A DNA stretch of 64,000 bases from contig CANQIF010000011.1 of assembly GCA_947623965.1 (NCBI GenBank), positions 6,775-70,774 on the forward strand. Direction: 5' to 3'. The stretch comes from an uncultured Alistipes sp. Its GTDB lineage: Bacteria > Bacteroidota > Bacteroidia > Bacteroidales > Rikenellaceae. The notes under the pieces are model-generated. The model saw only the letters and a list, made by a program, of their open reading frames with translations, ran no database searches and was not told where the DNA came from. Every line of letters begins with the position of its first letter. Within the stretch, counting starts at the first letter, position 1. Positions 58,620 to 64,000 of the stretch are shown piece by piece. A program made the position numbers and the translations under genes.

Positions 58620-59285
58620 TGCCTGCCGGCAGAATCGGTCACATAACGACCGGCAGCCCGCAGCCGCCCCCGGACCGCGGGCTTGTCTCGAGTTTGGGGC
58701 GGTCCGCCAGGACCGTGCGGGCCGTAGCCTCCGCCGGGCGGAGGCCCGCAGTTCGTTGCCGAACTTGGCGTGCGCTCCGCAGGCTGCGACCCGAGTGTCA
58801 TGCTGAATCTTGAATTTTGAATGCTGAATTTGCGGCTTCGCTGAAGCCGCAGCCGCCCCCGGGCGGAGGGCTGCTCCTCCACGTCGCACGCCCGTCCGCT
58901 CGGCTGCGGGCTTGTCTCGAGTTTGGGGCTGTCCGTCAGGACTGTGCAGGCCGCAGCCTCCCGGCGGCGGAGGCCCGCAGTTCGTCGAACTTGGCGTGCG
59001 CTCCGCAGGCTGCAGCCCGAGTGTAATTTTGAATTTTGAATTTTGAATCTTGAATTCTGAATTCTAAATTTGCGCCCGAACGGGCGCAGCGGGCCGGAGC
59101 TTCGCCCCCGCGAAGGCCCGCATTTCGCGTCCGCTTCTGCGTCCGCTCGAGCGGTTTCTTCGCAAGCTCCGACCCGAATTCAGAATTATTTTTATATCTT
59201 CCTTCTTCACAGTTCCGGCAGGGTCCCAAAGCAGCCTGCAGCTCGCACCCGAACCTGCGCGCCCTCCGCAGATTGCAGCCCGAAA
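58620..59285. repeat. Mosaic GC-rich palindromic repeat cluster M
   Basis: Two consecutive roughly 240-bp composite units: TTGAAT tract, hairpin, CCGCAGCCGCCCCCGGGCGGAGGGCTGC ... GCCCGTCCGCTCGGCTGCGGGC ... GTCC-GTCA-GGAC ... GGCCGCAGCCTCCCGGCGGCGGAGGCCCGCAG ... CTCCGCAGGCTGCAGCCCGAG. These are followed by a GCGCCC-GAAC-GGGCGC + GGGCCGGAGCTTCGCCCCCGCGAAGGCCCGC unit. Confidence 0.9.
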
Positions 59286-59416
59286 ATTCTTCCTTTTTAA
59301 TTGCCGCCTCACCCGTTGTCTCGTCCGTCGCCCCCGCCTTTTTCGCCCGGAATCCCCGGCCGTGCCGAAAGTCGAAAATTGTTCGCCCGGGGGTTGTTTT
59401 TTCCGCCTCTTTTCGT

Positions 59417-59424
59417 TATCTTTG
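59417..59424 (+). promoter_or_regulatory. -7 box TATCTTTG upstream of PFOR
   Basis: Exact TAnnTTTG 64 nt before ATG 59488. Confidence 0.5.
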
Positions 59425-59487
59425 TGTCGCCGTATCGAATACGAACGAAAAAACACACATAATAACATCTCAAATTTTCTCAAAAAA

Positions 59488-62400
59488 ATGGCAGAAAAGA
59501 AATTTATCACTTGTGATGGTAACTATGCAGCAGCTCACGTGGCTTACATGTTCTCGGAGGTTGCCGCCATCTATCCCATCACCCCGTCCTCGACCATGGC
59601 CGAGTATGTGGACGAGTGGGCCGCACAGGGTCGCAAGAACATCTTCGGCGAGACCGTCCGCGTCGTCGAAATGCAGTCGGAGGCCGGTGCCGCAGGCGCC
59701 GTGCACGGTTCGCTGCAGTCGGGTGCGCTCACCACGACCTTCACCGCATCGCAGGGTCTGCTGCTGATGATCCCCAACATGTACAAGATCGCCGGCGAGC
59801 TCCTCCCGGGCGTCTTCCACGTTTCGGCCCGCGCCCTGGCTTCGCACGCGCTGTCGATCTTCGGCGACCACCAGGATGTGATGGCTACCCGCCAGACCGG
59901 TTTCGCCATGCTGGCCACCTCGTCGGTTCAGGAGGTTATGGACCTCGCCGGCGTGGCCCACATCGTGGCCCTCAAGGCCCGCGTGCCCTTCCTGCACTTC
60001 TTCGACGGGTTTCGCACCTCGCACGAGATCCAGAAGATCGAGCTGATCGACGAGGCCCGTCTGACGGCCCTGTTCGATCGCGAGGCCCTGAAGCGCTTCC
60101 GCGCTGCAGCGCTGAACCCCGAGCACCCCGTAACGCGCGGTACGGCCCAGAACCCCGATATCTACTTCCAGGCTCGCGAGGCTTGCAACAAGTTCTACGA
60201 CGCCGTACCCGACATGGTAGCCGAGACGATGAAGCAGATCTCCGACATCACCGGCCGCGAGTACAAGCCGTTCGTCTACTACGGCGACCCCGAGGCCGAG
60301 GAGATCGTCGTTGCCATGGGTTCGGTGACCGAGACCCTCAAGGAGACGATCGACTACCTGCGCAAGCAGGGCCGGAAGGTGGGCCTCATCACGGTGCACC
60401 TCTACCGCCCCTTCTCGGAGAAGTACTTCTTCGACGTCGTTCCCGCTACGGTGAAGCGCGTCTGCGTGCTCGACCGCACGAAGGAGCCCGGCGCCGACGG
60501 CGAACCGCTCTACCTCGACGTCCGTTCGATGTTCTACGGCAAGAAACTCCAGCCGATGATCATCGGCGGCCGCTACGGCCTCTCGTCGAAGGACACGACG
60601 CCCGCCCAGATGCTGGCCGTCTTCGAGAACCTGGCCGCTGCACAGCCCAAGAACCACTTCACGGTGGGTATCGTCGATGACGTGACGAACCTCTCGCTGC
60701 CCGTCGGCGAGGAGATCTCGCTGGCCAAGCCCGGCACGTTCGAGGCTCTTTTCTTCGGTCTGGGCGCCGACGGTACGGTGGGTGCCAACAAGAACTCGAT
60801 CAAGATCATCGGCGGTTCGACGAACAAGTACTGCCAGGCCTACTTCTCCTACGACTCGAAGAAGTCGGGCGGTTACACCTCGTCGCACCTCCGTTTCGGC
60901 GACCTGCCGATCACTTCGCCCTACCTCGTGACGACGCCCGACTTCGTCGCCTGCCACGTGCCTTCCTACGTGGACAAGTACGACGTGCTGAAGGGTCTCA
61001 AGCCGGGCGGCTCGTTCCTGCTCAACTCGACGCACGACGCCGAGACGACCTGCCGCACGCTGCCCGACCACATGAAGGTCTACTTGGCGAAGAACAAGAT
61101 CAACTTCTACATCATCAACGCCACGAAGATCGCCGCCGAGCTGGGTCTCGGTTCGCGTACGAACACGATCATGCAGTCGGCTTTCTTCAAGATCGCCGCT
61201 GTGATTCCCTTCGAGAAGGCGGTCGAGGAGATGAAGCACGCCATCCTGAAGTCCTACGGCAAGAAGGGCGAGGATATCGTGAACATGAACTATGCGGCCG
61301 TCGATGCCGGCGGCAACGCCGTCGAAAAGGTCGAGGTGCCGGCCGAGTGGGCTTCGATCGAGGTCAAGGCCGCTGCCGCTCCGGTGGACAGCAGCCGTCC
61401 CGAGTTCGTGCAGAAGATCGTCGATCCGATCAACGCGCTGAAAGGCGACCAGCTGCCCGTTTCGACCTTCGCCGGCCGTGAGGACGGCACGTGGGAGAAC
61501 GGCACGGCCGCCTGGGAGAAGCGCGGCATCGCCGTGAACGTTCCCGAGTGGAAGATCGAGAACTGTATCCAGTGCAACCAGTGCGCCTACGTCTGCCCCC
61601 ACGCCGCCATCCGTCCTTTCCTCGCAACGGAGGAGGAGGCTGCCGCTTCGGGCATGGAGTGGAAGCAGGGTCTTGGTGAGACGAAGGCCTACAAGTTCCG
61701 CATTCAGGTGTCGCCGCTCGACTGCACGGGCTGCAACAACTGCGTGGATGTCTGCCCGGCCAAGGAGAAGGCCCTCGTGATGAAGCCGCTCGAATCGCAG
61801 ATGGCACAGGCTGCCAATTGGGAGTATGCGACGAAGAAGGTCGGCTACAAGGAGGTCGTGGACAAGACGAAGAACGTGAAGAATCTGCAGTTCGCACAGC
61901 CGCTCTTCGAGTTCTCGGGCGCCTGCGCCGGTTGCGGCGAGACCCCCTACATCAAGGCTATTTCGCAGCTCTTCGGCGACAAGATGATGGTTGCCAACGC
62001 AACGGGCTGCACCTCGATCTACTCGGGTTCGGCACCCTCGACGCCCTACTGCACCAACGCCAAGGGACAGGGTCCCGCCTGGTCGAACTCGCTCTTCGAG
62101 GACAATGCCGAGTACGGTTTAGGTATGCACGTCGGCATCGAGAAGCTGCGCGACCGCGTACAGGGCTACATGGAGGAGGCGATCGCTTCGTGCACGAAGT
62201 GCTCGGACGAGCTGAAGGCCGCCATGAAGAACTGGATCGAGTGCCGTTACTCGTCGACCCGTTCGGCCGAGGCTACCGCCAAGCTGCTTCCGCTCATGGA
62301 GGCCTGCGGCTGCGACTACTGCAAGAAGATCCTCGAAATGAAAGATTGGCTCGTCAAGAAGTCGCAGTGGATCATCGGCGGTGACGGCTGGGGCTACGAC

Positions 62401-63015
62401 ATCGGCTACGGCGGTGTAGACCACGTGCTGGCATCGGGTATGGATGTGAACATCCTGGTGATCGACACGGAGGTTTACTCGAACACGGGCGGTCAGTCGT
62501 CGAAGGCTACGCCGGTCGGCGCCGTCGCCAAGTTCGCGTCGAGCGGCAAGCGCATCCGCAAGAAGGATCTCGGCGCCATGGCCATGACCTACGGATACGT
62601 CTATGTGGCACAGGTTTCGATCGGCGCTTCGCAGCAGCAGCTCTTCAACGTGCTGAAAGAAGCCGAGGCTTACCAGGGGCCGTCGCTCGTGATTGCCTAC
62701 GCTCCGTGTATCAACCACGGCATCAAGGGCGGCATGACGCGCACGCAGCAGGTCGGCAAGGATGCCGTCGCCTGCGGCTACTGGCATCTGTGGCACTACA
62801 ACCCGGATCTTGAGGCCCAGGGCAAGAATCCGTTCGTGCTCGATTCGAAGGAGCCCGACTGGTCGAAGTTCCAGGACTTCCTGATGCGCGAGGTACGCTA
62901 CACGTCGCTCAAGAAGGCTTTCCCGACGGAGGCTCAGGAGCTCTTCGAGGCTGCCGAGGAGAATGCCAAGTGGCGTTACAACAGCTACGTGCGCCGTTCG
63001 AAGATGGAGTTCTAA
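59488..63015 (+). CDS. nifJ: pyruvate:ferredoxin (flavodoxin) oxidoreductase
   Basis: 1175 aa from MAEKKFITCDGN. Two 4Fe-4S motifs (CIQCNQCAYVCP, CTGCNNCVDVCP) and the TPP-binding region GGDGWGYDIGYGG. Confidence 0.93.
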   Translation: MAEKKFITCDGNYAAAHVAYMFSEVAAIYPITPSSTMAEYVDEWAAQGRKNIFGETVRVVEMQSEAGAAGAVHGSLQSGALTTTFTASQGLLLMIPNMYKIAGELLPGVFHVSARALASHALSIFGDHQDVMATRQTGFAMLATSSVQEVMDLAGVAHIVALKARVPFLHFFDGFRTSHEIQKIELIDEARLTALFDREALKRFRAAALNPEHPVTRGTAQNPDIYFQAREACNKFYDAVPDMVAETMKQISDITGREYKPFVYYGDPEAEEIVVAMGSVTETLKETIDYLRKQGRKVGLITVHLYRPFSEKYFFDVVPATVKRVCVLDRTKEPGADGEPLYLDVRSMFYGKKLQPMIIGGRYGLSSKDTTPAQMLAVFENLAAAQPKNHFTVGIVDDVTNLSLPVGEEISLAKPGTFEALFFGLGADGTVGANKNSIKIIGGSTNKYCQAYFSYDSKKSGGYTSSHLRFGDLPITSPYLVTTPDFVACHVPSYVDKYDVLKGLKPGGSFLLNSTHDAETTCRTLPDHMKVYLAKNKINFYIINATKIAAELGLGSRTNTIMQSAFFKIAAVIPFEKAVEEMKHAILKSYGKKGEDIVNMNYAAVDAGGNAVEKVEVPAEWASIEVKAAAAPVDSSRPEFVQKIVDPINALKGDQLPVSTFAGREDGTWENGTAAWEKRGIAVNVPEWKIENCIQCNQCAYVCPHAAIRPFLATEEEAAASGMEWKQGLGETKAYKFRIQVSPLDCTGCNNCVDVCPAKEKALVMKPLESQMAQAANWEYATKKVGYKEVVDKTKNVKNLQFAQPLFEFSGACAGCGETPYIKAISQLFGDKMMVANATGCTSIYSGSAPSTPYCTNAKGQGPAWSNSLFEDNAEYGLGMHVGIEKLRDRVQGYMEEAIASCTKCSDELKAAMKNWIECRYSSTRSAEATAKLLPLMEACGCDYCKKILEMKDWLVKKSQWIIGGDGWGYDIGYGGVDHVLASGMDVNILVIDTEVYSNTGGQSSKATPVGAVAKFASSGKRIRKKDLGAMAMTYGYVYVAQVSIGASQQQLFNVLKEAEAYQGPSLVIAYAPCINHGIKGGMTRTQQVGKDAVACGYWHLWHYNPDLEAQGKNPFVLDSKEPDWSKFQDFLMREVRYTSLKKAFPTEAQELFEAAEENAKWRYNSYVRRSKMEF

Positions 63016-63043
63016 CAACATCCCGATTCGATCTTGATGAAAA

Positions 63044-63074
63044 GGCCGGCGAGTTTGCTCGCCGGCCTTTTTTT
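63044..63074 (+). terminator. Rho-independent terminator of PFOR
   Basis: Stem GGCCGGCGAG / CTCGCCGGCC, loop TTTG, T7 run. Confidence 0.85.
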
Positions 63075-63124
63075 CGAAGAGCGGAGTTGGACGGCGGAGA
63101 GAGGGCGCTTTTTGAGCGGATGGA

Positions 63125-63640
63125 ATCGGTCGCGCAGCGACCGGCGGGCCGCAGCCGCTGGCTTTGGTGGAAATGTCTGCCTGCTGGATCGGTCCGTCAG
63201 GACCGGCAGCCCGCAGCCGCCCCCTGGCGGAGGGCTGCATTCCCGTGTCCCGCAGGTCCGCTCGTGCTGGCCCGTCCGCTCGGCTGCGGGCTGGTCTCGC
63301 GTTTGGGCCGGTCCGTCAGGACCGAGCGGGCCGCAGCTTCGCCCTGCGAAGGCCCGCTGCTCGCGTCCGCAAGTCCGCTCGTATGCGGTCCCTTCGCAAG
63401 CCGCGGCCCGAACCGAGAATAGACTCAATCGTGCCACAGCGATCTTATTTAATTTTGAATGCTGAATTTGCGGTTCCGAAAGGAACCGCAGCGGGCCGCA
63501 GCCTCCGCCCGGCGGAGGCCCGCAGTTCGTACCCGAACGTGCGAGCGCTCCGCAGGCTGCGTCCCGAATACACTGGGCAGCCGCACTCCATTTTGAATTG
63601 GGCCCGAACGGGCGCAGCGGGCCACCCGCAGCCCGAACCT
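63125..63640. repeat. Mosaic GC-rich palindromic repeat cluster N
   Basis: GGTCGC-GCA-GCGACC+GGCGGGCCGCAGCC, GGTCC-GTCA-GGACC+GGCAGCCCGCAGCCGCCCCCTGGCGGAGGGCTGC, a TTGAAT tract at about 63440-63475, then GCGGTTCC-GAAA-GGAACCGC. Confidence 0.88.
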
Positions 63641-63695
63641 GTAACACTATATGGATGTAGAAAAATAAACCGCAACCCCTTTCCGTTTTCTTTCC

Positions 63696-64000
63696 GATGT
63701 ACGGCCTTTGCGATTGCAACAACTTTTTCGTCTCGTGCGAGCGTCTCTTCCGACCCGATCTGGTCGGCCGCCCCGTTGTGGTCCTTTCGAACAACGACGG
63801 CTGCATCATCGCCCGTTCGAACGAGGCCAAGGCGCTCGGTATCGCCATGGGGCAGCCGCTCTACCAGGTGAAAGCCCTGATCGAGCGGCACGGCGTGGCC
63901 CTTTTTTCGGCCAACCACACCCTCTACGGCGATCTGTCGCACCGCGTGATGACGACGTTGCGGTCGCTCGTGCCGTCGCTCGAGATCTATTCGGTCGACG
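63696..64000 (+). CDS. umuC: Y-family DNA polymerase (UmuC-like), N-terminal fragment running off the window
   Basis: Hand translation from ATG 63696: MYGLCDCNNFFVSCERLFRPDLVGRPVVVLSNNDGCIIARSNEAKALGIAMGQP..., which closely follows the UmuC N-terminal pattern. The frame is open to the window end and is absent from the ORF track because it has no stop. Confidence 0.8.

Noticed and set aside
63445-63942. 165-aa minus-strand ORF at the right edge
   Set aside because: Its 5' half is antisense to the clearly recognisable umuC N-terminus and its 3' half reads through repeat cluster N.

Overview
GC-rich chromosomal segment with Bacteroidota hallmarks: TAnnTTTG -7 promoter boxes, lipobox lipoproteins, a TonB-dependent surface uptake locus and an LptE/sigma-54/SecG cluster. 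An Alistipes/Rikenellaceae-like source is only my inference from composition and gene content. I call about 38 protein genes, 2 tRNAs (Thr-GGT, Ala-GGC) and 1 cobalamin riboswitch. Most genes are housekeeping: pyrG, yidC, tpiA, lysS, uvrB, secG, lptE, PFOR/nifJ, an M16 peptidase pair, an M49 peptidase and AsmA. There is also an arabinose operon (galM, SSS transporter, araD, araA, araB) and a riboswitch-controlled corrinoid uptake locus. No transposase, integrase, phage gene, CRISPR array or rRNA was seen. Two things stand out. (1) Nearly every large intergenic gap, including gaps inside the arabinose operon, is filled with mosaic arrays of GC-rich palindromic modules. These share the CCGCAGCC/GGCTGCGG cores, carry variable-stem hairpins with compensatory changes, and are punctuated by TTGAAT octamer tracts. 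By hand estimate there are 14 clusters totalling about 8 kb, roughly one eighth of the window. This resembles REP/BIME or BOX-type architecture, but I do not recognise the modules. (2) A self-contained two-gene operon at 26.5-29.8 kb sits between the arabinose operon and uvrB. It encodes a 666-aa protein with two KaiC/RecA-like domains, both with degenerate P-loops and with a Cys cluster in the second domain, followed by a 362-aa protein with about eight hydrophobic segments. I cannot assign this operon to any characterised system. Secondary oddities: a 74-bp promoter-bearing unit repeated three times upstream of the M49 peptidase, several short G-rich tandem repeats near gene starts, and a membrane segment fused in frame to tpiA. 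All family assignments rest on motif recognition by eye; no searches were run.
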